Shown: one piece after another, positions 49,640-63,011 of the stretch | Position numbering within the stretch: the stretch's first letter is position 1 | Layout of the letters: each line of letters begins with the position of its first letter | Assembly (NCBI RefSeq): GCF_008831285.2 | Contig: NC_045138.2 | Span: 8,680,001-8,744,000, forward strand | Direction: 5' to 3' | Source: Nymphaea colorata | Lineage: Eukaryota | Length of the DNA stretch: 64,000 nucleotides | The notes under the pieces: generated by a model | What the model saw: the letters and a program-made list of their open reading frames with translations, nothing else | What the model was told of the DNA's origin: nothing | The model's database searches: none | Translations under genes and position numbers: made by a program

Positions 49640-50945
49640 AGAAACGATAATACTGCTCATATAGGATTATCTCATCTATGATATATTCATATGGTTGCCA
49701 TATATATATGTGTAACAATAGTATTATCTCATCTATGAAGCAACCATATACTTGTCATATACATATGTGTAAGAATAGTATCTAAAACACCCATATGGTT
49801 GTCATATGTATTCATGTAAGAATAATATTATCTCATCACTGATATATATATCCATATGATTGTCATATATATGTGTTCATGTAAAAATAGTATTATCTCA
49901 TCTCTGAAACAACCATATGATTGTCATATCAATCTTAGATAAATGACAACCTAACTGACATGTATATACATATCAAGGTTATTTTCATATTAGAGCATCG
50001 ATAATACCACTCAAACATATATATACACATATGGTTTTCATGGGTTGCACAATCAATCAATGATAACGGTGCTTTTGCCAAATTTCTATCATTGAAAATC
50101 ATATATTTACATCAGATCTTGGATAAAGACAACCTAAATAACTGTATATCCATGCCAAGCTTATGTTTACGTTTGAGCATCGATAATACTGCTCAAACAT
50201 ATATATACACATATAGTTTTCATATGTACACAATCGATCAATGATAACTTGCTTATGTCACATTACGATCATTGAAAATCATATGTTCACATTAGTTCTT
50301 AGATAAATGACAATCTAATTGATGTGTCATACCAAGTTTATGTTCATATTTGAGCATAGTAAAAACATATATATATACATATGGTTTCCATATATGCACA
50401 ATCAATCAATGATAATGGTGTTTATGTCACATTTTGATCATTAAAAATCATATGTTCATATTCGATCTTAGATAAATGATAACCTCATTGATGTATGTAT
50501 CCATACCAAGCTTATGTTCACCTTTGAGCATCGATAATACTACTCAAACATATATATGCACATATGGTTTCTATATGTGCACAATCGATCAATGATAATG
50601 GTGCTTATGCTATATTTCGATTATTGAAAATCATATGTTCACATTAAATCTTAGATAAATGACAACCTAACTGACATGTATATCCATGCCAAGCTTATGT
50701 TCATAATTTGAGCAACGATAGTATTACTCAAACATATATATACCATATGTGCATAATCGATCAATGATAACAATGCTTATGTCACATTTCAATAGTTGAA
50801 AATCATATGTTCACATTAGATCTTAGATAAATGACAATCTAACTAATGTGTATATCCATGCTAAGATTATGTTCATGTTTGAACATCGATAATACTGGTC
50901 AAACATATTTATACACATATGGTTTCCATATGTGTACAATCATTC
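49640..50945. repeat. Local satellite A, ~170-185-bp units, about 5.7 copies, preceded by shorter related units
   Basis: TCTTAGATAAATGACAA-like anchor at about 49933, 50117, 50297, 50466, 50649 and 50821. Confidence 0.9.
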
Positions 50946-52379
50946 AATAATACTGATCATTCACACTGTACACAACGTCTAAGCAACATTCCTCTGCATT
51001 ATTGTGTGTTCATCAACAACACAAAAAAGGAAACGTAACATTGCGATATTACTGCCACATGCGAGTGCATTAAATGTGAAATGGCGAGAATAATTTGGAC
51101 TATATGTGTATCTACCTAAACGGAGAGAAGAGAATGAGAGAACAATGTGTGTGCCTAAAGGCGATAAGTAAATGGATACAAATTAATCTCATAACGCAAT
51201 TGTCGGATTTGTTATATGATTGCTTTTCTCACATGCAATCGGTTGTGATGGAACAACACGTGATATGTACTATCAAATGTTGTTTCTGATAGCCATTCGG
51301 CTGCATTTAATGAAGTCGTCAATTGTTGCAGCTACATTAAATGAATGCAGTCGATAACACACAACACACAACATCCGAGCAATATTCCTTTGCATTATTG
51401 TGTGTTCATTAGCAACACAAAACATGCAAACATACAACTCTAATATGTACTATCGCATGCAGGTGCATTAAATGTGGCATTGTAGGTACAATTTGGACTA
51501 CATTCATAAATACAAGTGAGGCAGAAGGTAATATCCCATTTTAGGAGGTGATAGCAATGAAGAAGAAGAAAAGTAATGTGTTTAGTGATGATATACATGG
51601 GATTGTCCAAAGCTCAATGGAAAGAAATAGATTAGCAATATCTTAAGTACTATCTCATTAAAGCTAATGTTATGGAATATGGTAGGTGGATCATTTATAT
51701 AGTTTGTCTTCTCTTCACATGTTTTGCAAGAAGCAATGAAGCTAATGCAACAAAGACTTGCAAATAAAAAGCATTTCATTTTCAATCCTCTTGTCATGGT
51801 AGTTTAGTTTTTGGAATAGATTTATAACTTGTTTGACCCACAACATTCTTTTTGTTCTTCTATCTTGCTATATAGAGTGCAGTCTATCGAAAGCCCTTCA
51901 GTTGTGGTTTCATGAAAAGCTAAAAATATGCTTTTGGATCCTTTGTTGAACTCATTTGAAGTGGTTCTACTTCCAACCTTGTAGGAAGAGTGTCATCATT
52001 GGGTATTATACATTCTCGACATGCATAACAAAGCATGTTTATTCAACAATTCAATCAAATGCATAGACTACTACTGCATGATTTGTGGTTCGTGAAAGAA
52101 TTCTTAAAAAGTCAATGCAATGTGATTTAGTGGTGCATTTTCCATAAGAAGGAAACTCCTCGCCAAAACAATGGCTACGATTGAAGTGTTTTTGTCATCA
52201 AATACACATAAGCAATTTACAATGACAACAAACCTGCTTTTTCACATGATAGTATACCACATCTCAGAAAACAACTACGTGACAAGTTGGTAGAGTATGT
52301 TACATCACAGCCCACACTAATAAAGTCAAACCAGATGAAGAAGAAGAAATTCATGCGATAACGCAACTACGTGATTAGT

Positions 52380-55100
52380 TTTATGATACACTCAAATAAA
52401 ATTGTGTTCATAAGAATGCGATAAGCACTTTGACGAAACAAATTGTGATAATGCATCTGCAGGATACAATCACGAGAAAATGCGACAATGACATTGTATG
52501 GAGTGGTATTGCTTAACAAGGCGGTTACTAAGAGGATGTGATACCCACTCAAATAAATTTAATACGACAACGACACTAGTATGCACTTTTTTTACGATAA
52601 AAATGTGTTGAGAGGTGATAAGCACTCAAAAGAAACAAATTGAGATAACACATCTGTAAGATTGTTATACGATACATTCAACCAAAATCGTGTTTATAAG
52701 GACACGATAAACACTCAAAAAAAAATAAACGTGACAACGATAACTTGCAACAATGACACTGTCTGTATGAAGTGGTTTTACAATAACAAGGCACTTACTG
52801 AGAGGAGGCGCTTACTCGAAAAAATTTAATGCAACAATGACACTGGTATGCACTTCTTTTACAATAAAAAGGCACTCAAGAAGAAGCGATAAGCACTCAG
52901 ACAAAACAAATTGCGATAACCACATCTATAGGATTCATTATATGATAACAACAAAATACAACAATGACACTATATGAAATGATTTTTACGATAACAAGGC
53001 ACTTACTAAGAAAATGTGATACTCACTCAAAAAAATTTAATGCGACAACAAAACTGGTATGCACTTCTTTTATGATAAAAAGGCACATACTAAGAGGCGA
53101 TAAACACTCAAATGAATCAAATTGTGATAATGCATCTATAGGATTCATTATACGATACACTCAACTAAAATAATGTTTATAAGAATGCGATATGCACTTA
53201 AGACAACAACATTGTATGGAGTAGATTCACGATAACAAAGTGCTTACTAAGAGAATGGGATACCTACTCAAAAAAAAATTAATGCAACAATTACACTGGT
53301 ATGCACTTTTTTTACGATAAAATGACACATACTAAGATGTGACAATCACTCGGATGAAACAAATTGTGATAACGCATCAGCAGGATTCATTACATGATAC
53401 ACTTAACTAAAATAGTGTTTATAAGGACGTGATAAGCACCTGAAAAAAAATAAATGTGAGAATAAGGAACTTCCTAAGAGGATGTGATACTGAATCAAAA
53501 AAAGTTAATATGACAATGACACTGGTATGCACTTCTTTTACGATAAAAAAGTGCCTACTAAGAGAGGATAAGCACTCGACGAAACAAATTGTGATAACAC
53601 ATCTGCAGGATTCATTATATGATAACGACAAAATGTGATGACACTGTATGGAGTGGTTTTACGATAACAAGTCATTTACTAAGAGAATTTGATACGTACT
53701 CCAAAAAATTTAATGCGACAGCGACACTGGTATGCACTTCTTTTATGACAAAAAGGCACCTACTAAGAGGCGATAAGCACTTGGACGAGACGAATTGCAA
53801 TAATGCATTTGCATGATTCGTTATACGATACCATCAACCAAACTCGTGTTTATAGACGCGATGAGCACTAAAAAAAATAAATGTGAAAACAACACTATAT
53901 AGAGTGGTTTACGATAACAAGGCGCTTACTATGAGAATGCAATACCCACTTGAAAAAAATTAATGCGAAAATGGCACTAGTATGCACTTCTTTTATGATA
54001 AAAAGGCTCCTACTAAGAAGCAATAACCACTCGGACAAAACAAATTACGATAATGCATCTACAAGATTCGCTATACGATAACGACAAAATGCGACAAAGA
54101 CACTATATGGAGTAGTTTTTACGATAACAATGTGCTTATTAAGAGAAAATGATACTCATTTGAAAAAAATTAATACGACAATGATACTAGTATGCACTTC
54201 TTTTACAATAAAAGTGCATACTAAGAGACAATAAGCAATCAGATGAAATAAATTGTGCTAACGCATATGCAGGATTCGTTATATGATACACTCAACTAAA
54301 ATCATGTTTATAAGAACACGATAAGCACTCAAAAAAATAAATATGATGACAACTAAATGCGACAACAACACTATATGGAGTTGTTTTACGATATTAAGAT
54401 GCTTATGAAGAGAATGTGATACCCATTTAAAAAATTTTAATGCAATAATGACACTAGTATGAACTTTTTTACGATAAAAAGACACCTACTAAGAGGCGAC
54501 AAGCACTCAGACGAAACAAATTGCAATAACACATCTATAGAATTCATTATACGATACACTCAACTAAAATTGTGCTTATAAGAATGTGATAAGCGCTCGA
54601 AAAAAATAAATGTGACAATGACACTATATGGAGTGGTTTAAGGTAACAAAGCGCTTACTAAAAGGATGCAATACCCATTCGGAAATGCAACAATGGCATT
54701 GGTATGCACTTCTTTTATGATAAAAAGTTACCTACTAAGAGGCAATCAACACTCAGATGAAACAAATTGCGATAATGCATTTGTAGGATTTGTTATACGA
54801 TACACTCAACTAAAATCGTATTTATAAGGACGCGATAAGCACTCGAAAACAAAAAACAAATGCGACGACACTATGTAGACTAGTTTTACAATAAGAAGGT
54901 GTTTATTAGGAGGATGCGACAACCACTCGAAAAAATGTAATGCGACAATGACACTGGTATGAATTTTTTTTTATTAAAAGACAATAAGCACTCAAATGAA
55001 ACAAATTGTGATAAAACAACTGTAGGATTCGTTATACAATACGAAAGAATTGCGACGATGAAACAACAATAGAATATTCGTTAAACAACTGTAGGATTCG
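52380..55100. repeat. Local satellite B, ~205-267-bp modular units, about 11-12 copies
   Basis: GTATGCACTT-like anchor at about 52581, 52848, 53059, 53301, 53527, 53732, 53982, 54192, 54458, 54704 and 54959. Confidence 0.9.
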
Positions 55101-58100
55101 TTATTCATATGAACAAAAGAATATTGTTTGTAATGAATAAAAAAAATATGATTAAAAAAATATTCTCAATCATGTCATCACAGGAACTTCAACTCAGAAA
55201 TTTCTCGAGTCAAATGGGCAACATGATCAATCAGTGACTTTATTGTTGTGACCAAGGTTAGATGTCTCTTCCACTGGGTAATTAGGATGCTGGGCTGCAA
55301 TCTCTACATGGTCTTGGCATCTTTTGCTTCTTATCTTCGTACCCATATCGTCTTGGCTCCATTTATTGTAGATCTCCCTTTAAGCAACATCCTCTCCTCG
55401 AGATGATGATGATGCTATTGTTGTGGATGGCGATCCAAGTTGGGCCATATCTAAACAGGGTTCACATACCCAAGAATGAACTACATCCCAATACTACGTA
55501 CAACAGCCTAGTGCAAACTCCTCACTGTTGTAAAGAATAACTTCACTATCACGATGGCAGTTACAGAGCTCTTTCTGAAACAAAAGTTGTCAGTCAACTC
55601 CAGCCCTAAAAGCACTCTGTTCCTTAATCTCTTATAGGGATGGGGTAGTTGCGGAATCAACTGGCCAAGACCACATGTAAGAGGACTCAGCTTCTATGAT
55701 GCATTTCTATTTCGTTCATGTAGAACAACCACAAGTCTCTTCACGATAGCTGAAAAGCTTTCCTGATAATTCAATCATTGGTGTCACTACCAATATATGG
55801 TCTAAACAATACCTACATATAACAATGGAAGAATCATCAATACACAAGTATTCCAATGTTAGTATGAACTCCATTTGCTATACATATCTGAGCCATATGC
55901 AGATTTGATATGATCAACGTGGATGATTGCATCGTTGTGACATCTGGGACTGATACCTCTCCACTGTATATGTACTGGATGAACATTTGGAAATGGACGC
56001 TCGATAGTGGGTCTAATAGAATGTATGTGCTTACACATCCAGAACTATCGACAAAACACAAATACAAATATTACAAGATGATAGATAATCATCTGAAACA
56101 AATTTGCATGATGAAGATACTATCTATACTTACAGCAACAACCAACATCCTCCAATGGATGCAACCCCATCCTTAAATCATTCCAACTGGCTATACAAAT
56201 GCACTAGCACCACCACCCTACATGTGTAGCGGTGAATGCCATCCACATTTTCCAAAAATTGGATGTACCACCAAATTATTCTTGAGCCTGAATTGTCATT
56301 AAATAGACATATGCCAAATGTACAAGAAAGGACTTCAATGCTTGGTGTGCTTTTTGTGAAGGTGCATAATGCTTTGCATGTTGCCATTTATTCTGTAGTT
56401 TGAAACAACTAATAACGTACTTTCCCTCAAAGAACTGACCTTGGCTCCAAATAAGCTTCCAAGTTAATGTTTGAGACAAGTTGGTAATGGGATAGTAAAT
56501 TTTTTATGCGATAATGTTTATGAGATAATAAGATAATGTTATAAGTGGGACAAAAAATGAAAATGCTTTCTTATTGCTTAAAGGGATATACTATGAGATA
56601 ATGGGATAACGTTATAAGAAGGACAAAATCATAAATGCTTTTTTACTATTTGATGCAGTATATTATGAGATAATGAGATAATGCTATAAGAGGGACAAAA
56701 ACGAACATGTTTTTTTACTGCTTAAAGGAGTATGTTGATCATAACGAAAGGGGTATGTTGATCATAACGAAAAGGGTATGTTGATCATAACGATATGCAT
56801 ATACAGGCTGACAAAAATTACCTTTCTCGAATCTTTTTTTTGTTGTATCATTTTTGCCCCTCAAAAAACTCCTTTTTTGTTTTAATCATGGGCATTTTTT
56901 TGTCATACTTACAATGGCACACCAAATTACATGCATAGAAGTGGCGTATATAACTAGGTTCGATCTCCCCCTCCCCGCACCAATCCCTCCCCCCACACCA
57001 TCTATCCTCTCCTACCCAATGCCTCCTAAGCCCCTTTCTCCCCCTCCCGACACCTGTCCCTCACTCCGCAGCACTGATTTCTCTCCTCCACCACCCTCTC
57101 CAAGTCTTGAATCCACCAAGAAGGAAGGGGGAATCAGCATTCAATCCACGGTTCAAGCGTAGTCAGGTAACGTTTCCTTCTTTCTAAGCTTTCAGATATT
57201 TGGGGGTCAAAACTTGGTTTTTGTTTGAATGACAAAAAAATGGGGTTTTGAAGATAATTATATAAAAAAAAATCAGTTGAATATTGAATGCAGTTAAGGT
57301 ATGTTATATATATATATACACACACACACATATAATATATATACATATATTCAAATAAAAGAAAAAAAATATTTTCAAATATAAATTTCATTACCTACGT
57401 TCTTAACAAATTCAACACCCTTGCACCATGTCATGCTGAATGTTGAATTGTATACACTTTCATTATCATTTGATGGGTTTGTATGTGCTTGTTAGTTAAA
57501 CATATAATGAGTTGTGGTTTACAGGCATAAAGGCATACATGAGTCCCTAATGACATACAAGCATAAACATAAAGCACTCAAAAGGCAAGAATTGAAGCAT
57601 AATATGACTATTTATACTTTAAATTCACTTATTCAAAAGAAAGTCAGTTCATCCACCTTAATTTAATTTGTCAACCTTTGAATCCATCAAGTCAATTCAA
57701 CTTTATTTTAAAACCGTTGGTCTCCACTAGCTTACATTAGAAACCGTCGGATGAAACCAATCCATAATGACAATCACAAACTCACCACAACAAGAAGAAA
57801 AGGGAAGTGACAGAGTGACTATTGCTCTCTTTTTTTATTTTGTATTTCCATTTTTACTGTAAAAATGGCACAAATGAAGAACTTGATGCTTCATCTCTGT
57901 AGGAAGTCTACAGCACAAAGTAATATGGTTCATAAAATTTCATGTTGGTTTAAGATCAAACTCATAAAACTCTCAAAAATGAAAACCAGCTAGTTGAAGC
58001 ACAATGAAGCCCGATGCTTGCAAAGACATGAGATCCAAGATAGTTGTCAAAATTATCTGAAGGCTCACCATATGCTATGAAGCAACTGCTGTTTAAGGGA

Positions 58101-58139
58101 TAAAAAACTGACGGGTCCAGGTTTTTCATTTACATATCA

Positions 58140-58250
58140 AAAAACCCTGTTTTGTGAAAACTTGGTTTAAAAAAAAAAAAAGAAACATTTGTTTTTTGTC
58201 GTCCAAACACTCCCAAAACTTGGTTTTGAAGGTGCCACCCAAACATCCCC
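58140..58250. mobile_element. Right end of a PIF/Harbinger (Tourist-like) element
   Basis: ..CCAAACATCCCC followed by TAA, with an internal CCAAACA/AAAAC repeat. Related TGTTTGGATGAC motifs at 47905-47975 lack a clear terminus. Confidence 0.5.
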
Positions 58251-58921
58251 TAAATATTCATTTGAAAATAGATTTATCGTAATGTAAAACTTGAAACTGA
58301 AAATGAGTATGAGAACCGGATAATAAAGAGGCTGTAGTAGAAATTTCCTTCGATTAGCCAATTTGGAATGCAAAGTGCTTGGCTTGTTTTTTTTTTTTTG
58401 TGGCTTTTGTTTTAACGGAGTTGTTGAAGAAGCCAACTTGGTATATTTTCAAGCTTGAAACAAATATGAATACGAAGAATAGCTCATAAGCAGACCTTTT
58501 TATAATTTTTGGGTTGGAGAAATGAGTTTTTCCTTTTCCTTTTGTGAGTTTAACTGATAAATGCTAACCTCTCAGGTTTTTTGAAAATCTGCCTCTCCTT
58601 GCTGCGGGAAAAGGGTGTCTCTTCTTCGATTGTGAAACAGTAAGAGTCTGACATTTAAATTTGCATTGTAAAGGGCGACACTTCTCATTATTTGGAAAAA
58701 TGGACCTTAGTGGGTGGCCATGGCTCATGAAAAACAGCAGCCATCTGCTCTTTTACCTTAATTTGGGTTTTTTTTATTTTTGAACCACCTTCCTTTGTTT
58801 GCTTTTTTTTCTTCAAAAAACAAACCATCTAGTAGCTTTTTTCTATATTATGAGCATATATACCAAACTTTCCTACACAAAACGGGGTTGAAGGCAACAC
58901 TATAAAGAGGAGGTGGCTCCA

Positions 58922-59150
58922 AAGGGTGTAGCATAGCTGATGGAGCAGGCTGGCATGTAAAGAGCTTGTCATCGCTTCAATTCCTATGGATCTTCTATGG
59001 ATGTAAAAAGCAGGCCTGATTATGCTCTTCCTAATCCTAATTGGAAGTCACTATCCCCACCTTAGGCATCTCCATCCTTGCGATTAAGGTAATGACTTAG
59101 AGTATGACCAGCTCCCATAGTGTGGCGGGCGGTGAGTACAAGGCCCGGGA
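58922..59150 (+). mobile_element. Putative tRNA-derived SINE whose body includes an rRNA-derived segment
   Basis: tRNA-like 5' GGGTGTAGC, A-box-like TAGCATAGCTGA (58929) and B-box-like GCTTCAATTCC (58974) spaced 45 nt apart as in tRNA. No clear tail or TSD. Confidence 0.5.
59046..59150 (-). pseudogene. rrn16: Diverged ~105-bp fragment of the plastid 16S rRNA 3' region (NUPT)
   Basis: AGTCACTATCCCCACCTTAGGCATCTCCATCCTTGCGATTAAGGTAATGACTT..CCAGCTCCCATAGTGTGGCGGGCGGTGAGTACAAGGCCCGGGA resembles the reverse complement of recalled chloroplast 16S, including a diverged copy of the universal ACGGGCGGTGTGTAC motif. Confidence 0.88.
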
Positions 59151-59839
59151 TTTTCTCCCTCTATCTCTATCCCGTAGGTATAATGTTTGAATTAATTTTA
59201 TTTTATATGAATCATTATTACATTTGAATTATTTCCCGATATCACCCAAGGAAATCCCAAATTAATGGGTTGGTACAAGGTTACCCATACAGTTATGCAC
59301 TCTTTTAATATATATATATATATATTATGCACACGAATTATTAAGATATTATTTAAAATATATTATTGTACGCAATGTGGTCTTCATCGCATTGTAAAAT
59401 ACAAAAGTAGTGGCTTTTTGGGTTGTGAGCTCACAGGGACAAAAAAAAAAAAAAACAGTTGTTCCATGTTTTTGGAATCAAGCACTGGCAGCCACTCACC
59501 TATACTAAGTTAACTATATATGCATAATATTAACACCAACCCAATGTTTCATGAAAGAATTAGACAAACAGAAATAGTTTTTCTTGCACTAAACTCATTC
59601 ATGTGTTAGTTCAATTCAGAGTGTAGGCCTTTTTACCAATTAATCTTTTTACCAATTAATCTTGGGCCAAGATTCTTGTGTTTGACGAAGGAATAAGTTG
59701 GCAACGGTGGATCATGGAACATCAAATTGAGGGGGAGTCCGAAAAGGAGAAAAATGGTTTGGTTGATGAAGAGGCCATGTCTTTGCTTCGTATTCAAGCT
59801 TTGTCCTTATTAAGATGAAAAAAAAAATGCAACTAAGAA

Positions 59840-60188
59840 TAGGGAAGTCAACAAATTGGATTTGGATTGGATATGCCTTTAATAGTATCTGCTTTTCAGA
59901 TATTCACAAATATTTCAGATTTCAAAGCCAACAAAGAAAAGTCATATCTGAGTCCAAATCTGAAATTTGATTTTACAATCTAAACCCAATCCGATCCATA
60001 ATTTGAATCGAATGTGACTGATTTTCAAAATGTAAGGGTATTAAATAAATGAGATCTGTTTAAAAATAAATCTGATCCGAATCTGATTAGATATTTATGT
60101 GTGTCTGAATCCAAATCTGAATTCGATTGAAAGCCATTTCTTTAAGCTTGGTTGAATATGATTCAAATCAGATATATTGACACCCCTA
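59840..60188. mobile_element. hAT-type MITE (349 bp)
   Basis: TAGGGAAGTCAA..TTGACACCCCTA termini, TSD ACTAAGAA/ATTAAGAA and ATCCGA/ATCTGA internal repeats. Confidence 0.8.
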
Positions 60189-60255
60189 ATTAAGAACAAA
60201 CAAACAAGGATATTGAAGGAATTATGGTCAACTTTCAACTTTTGCTTTATAATGT

Positions 60256-60950
60256 CTTATGAATTATATCAACGTCATGAGGTTGGCAAGAATCTGAGAG
60301 CAAGAGGAAAGTAAAGCAAAGATCACAACTTCCAAAATATGAATATTGTTAATGACAGAAAGGATACAATTGGCATTTGACGTTACCAAAAAAAAAAAAA
60401 TTTACGTTAGAAAAATAAAAAAATTTTAGTTGTTCAATGTATTGTTTTTTTACATATGTTCAGTTTGGCCCTACCCTAATTTGAGGTTTGATTATTTGGC
60501 CCGTCCCTAAACGGAATCCTAGCTCTACCGCTGACCGTGATGGTAATTGCTTGGCAAATGTGGGGAACTTAAGGTCACCAACTCACGTGCCTCCTTATGT
60601 AAGGCAGATAAATACATGAGTTGCCTAACTAAATAGCTTCACACGATAATGGGAATAGTGGTGCATCCGTGCAAAATGCCTGCCTGAGACAATTAAATGA
60701 GATGGCCTTTAATGAATGCACCAAACAAGATGATCCGAACTGAATGCATCAGAAGAAACAGGAGGGAAAGTCGTCCATAGCAAATTCATAGTTACCAGCT
60801 TTAAGTGGTGGTTTTATCTTCCTGGCGGTTAAGTTGCTAGATCAAATTCAAAGAGAAACTGGGCAATAATGAGACGGCTCACACTCAAAGGGTCATATAT
60901 TTGAATTCTGCTCGATGTCACACTCCAATGGCGAGCATGATACCTGAGTT
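60256..60950 (+). repeat. Dispersed duplication, copy 2, with a MITE half (60389-60533) and a ~60-bp insertion
   Basis: Colinear with 48415-48935. The first insert ends CCTAGCTCTACCGCTG, like the 42990 MITE end. Confidence 0.9.
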
Positions 60951-61997
60951 CAATTCAACAACACATCATAGGTCCATTCAATTCTCAACAAGCCAAAAGA
61001 TTGAAGGCATTAAAATATAGCATTCAGAGTTTTACATCAAGCCGGTTTCTCTTAAAGAAATATAAAAAGAAAAATGATTGCGAAAACGTTTAGTGAGAGG
61101 AAATCTTAAACGATACTTGATACGTTTGCTTTGACAACTGGAAACCTCCATATTCCTTCAAATGGGCAGTCTTGGGGAAGCTATCCCATTTGTGGGAAGC
61201 TTTTTTCATTTAGAATGCAAGACTCGCTTATCAGATAATTTATTTAATTTATTTTGTGGTCAATTTTTTCGTTGGTTTATGCTTATTTTTTCTCAATACA
61301 TTTTTGTATTTTTATGATAGTATGTAAAATAATTTGTTATAACTATACAATTTGTTTTCATTTGCTTTTATCTTACTTTTTTAACCAAATATTTTGAGTT
61401 CCAAGTATATTCAAAATTATAAAAAAACTTGTACTTTTGTTGTATACAAACAGACACACACATCACGTTTTATAAAAACATGCTAAACATTGGTGGTATA
61501 GCAAAACATTCTTAAATTTGAATTTTTCTGCTTTAGTTATGTTTTCTAGAACGTGTAGGCAGCTGAATGAAAAAAAAAAAAAAACTCAGATGTGTTTTAA
61601 TTATTCCATCAAACTTTCAGCCGACCATCATAGATTAAACAAAGAAAACATAAATTAAACGTGTGTCTGGTAATATTTTTGTGCGCGGAGACTTCCCCGC
61701 CCTCAGTGATCCTGGAAAGCGAAAGTTATCACTGCTCAGTACGGGATTAACGGTCGATAACCAGGTAACGGGGAAATCGTCAATGGGGCCCATGAAAGTA
61801 ATCGATCCTTCCATTGTTTGTTCTTGGCTCTCCCAGGACGAGATGATCCTGCGCCCAGCCTGCCCTCCGTGGCCTGCCCTTGATGGCTTGAAGATCTCTT
61901 AGCAGACTACGTAGCGTCAGCGAGCGCCACACGTTTTCTCCATGCCTGCCAAAGTGTTCACTCCTCGGCCGTCCAGAGATTCTCCTTAGTGTCAGCC

Positions 61998-63011
61998 ATG
62001 GCAGCGCTTCTTGCTCCTGCCATCGTGGCGAATCCTGCTGGTGCTTCAGCAGCGAAAATATCACCCCTTACTACTCCCCCTTCGATTCCCTCCTGCCCTA
62101 GGCCAGGGCTCTTTGTTCGCTTCGGCAAAAGGCCTCAGCGGTCGGGCCTAAGAGCGTATTCTCCTTCTTCTTCTGTCTCTTCTTCTTCGGTGCTGTCGGC
62201 GAACGAACGTTCTGCCGAGGTGGAGCAGCAGGCGGAGGAGAAGGAAGAGAAGTTCGATTGGTTCAGCAATTGGTATCCTGTAGCTCCGGTCTGCGACCTT
62301 GACAAGAAGGCGCCTCATGCGAAGAAGGTGATGGGCCTTGACGTGGTTGTTTGGTGGGACAGAGCGGAGGGGAAGTGGCAGGTGTTCGATGACCGGTGCC
62401 CTCACCGGCTGGCTCCTCTTTCGGAGGGCCGAATTGATCCGAATGGCCGCCTCCAGTGCGTATACCATGGTTGGTGCTTCGATGGCTCTGGCAGCTGCAA
62501 GTATATTCCTCAAGCTCCCCAAGATGGACCTCCGGTATGTATGCATTTAGCTTACAAAATCTCGTTGCAAATATTGGAAAAATAGTTAAAATATCGAAGA
62601 ATAGAGTCAAGGCCATAGCAAAAGATGAAACTGATAATTGTAGAAATTTTTAATGTAATTCTTTTTCCGTAATTCTCTTTCGGATGGTTTTATCTTCCTG
62701 GCGGTTAAGTTGCTAGATCAGTTCACATGTTCAATTCCTTGTTGCTATATTTACTTGTGATGATTTATATTCATAAATCAGAATGTCTATGATATGATTG
62801 AGCCGTCGTTGATAACTTCGCAGGTTCATACTTCCAGAAGAGCGTGTGCATTTGTTTATCCTAGTTTTGAGCAGAACGGTCTCGTGTGGTTTTGGCCAAG
62901 CACCGACCCTCAATACAAAGATATTGGAGAGAAGCTGAAACCTCCTCTTCTTCCAAAGGTGGATGATCCATCATATTCGTCATTAATAGCAAGCAGGGAT
63001 ATTCCATATGG
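61998..63011 (+). CDS. PTC52: PTC52 / ACD1-like chloroplast Rieske oxygenase (PAO family), exons 1-2; gene continues beyond the window
   Basis: Exons 61998-62534 and 62824-63011. Ser/Ala-rich transit peptide, [12 protein letters not shown], Rieske motif [20 protein letters not shown] and [22 protein letters not shown] are typical of PTC52 rather than PAO. Confidence 0.92.

Noticed and set aside
49640..55100. CRISPR-like array
   Set aside because: Eukaryotic context, whole units repeat without unique spacers, and there are no cas genes.
58922..58995. Functional tRNA gene
   Set aside because: I could not fold a convincing acceptor or anticodon stem and the B box is degenerate; treated as a SINE-like head.
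61663..62653. ORFs overlapping or antisense to PTC52 exon 1
   Set aside because: Shadow frames of a GC-rich exon and promoter.
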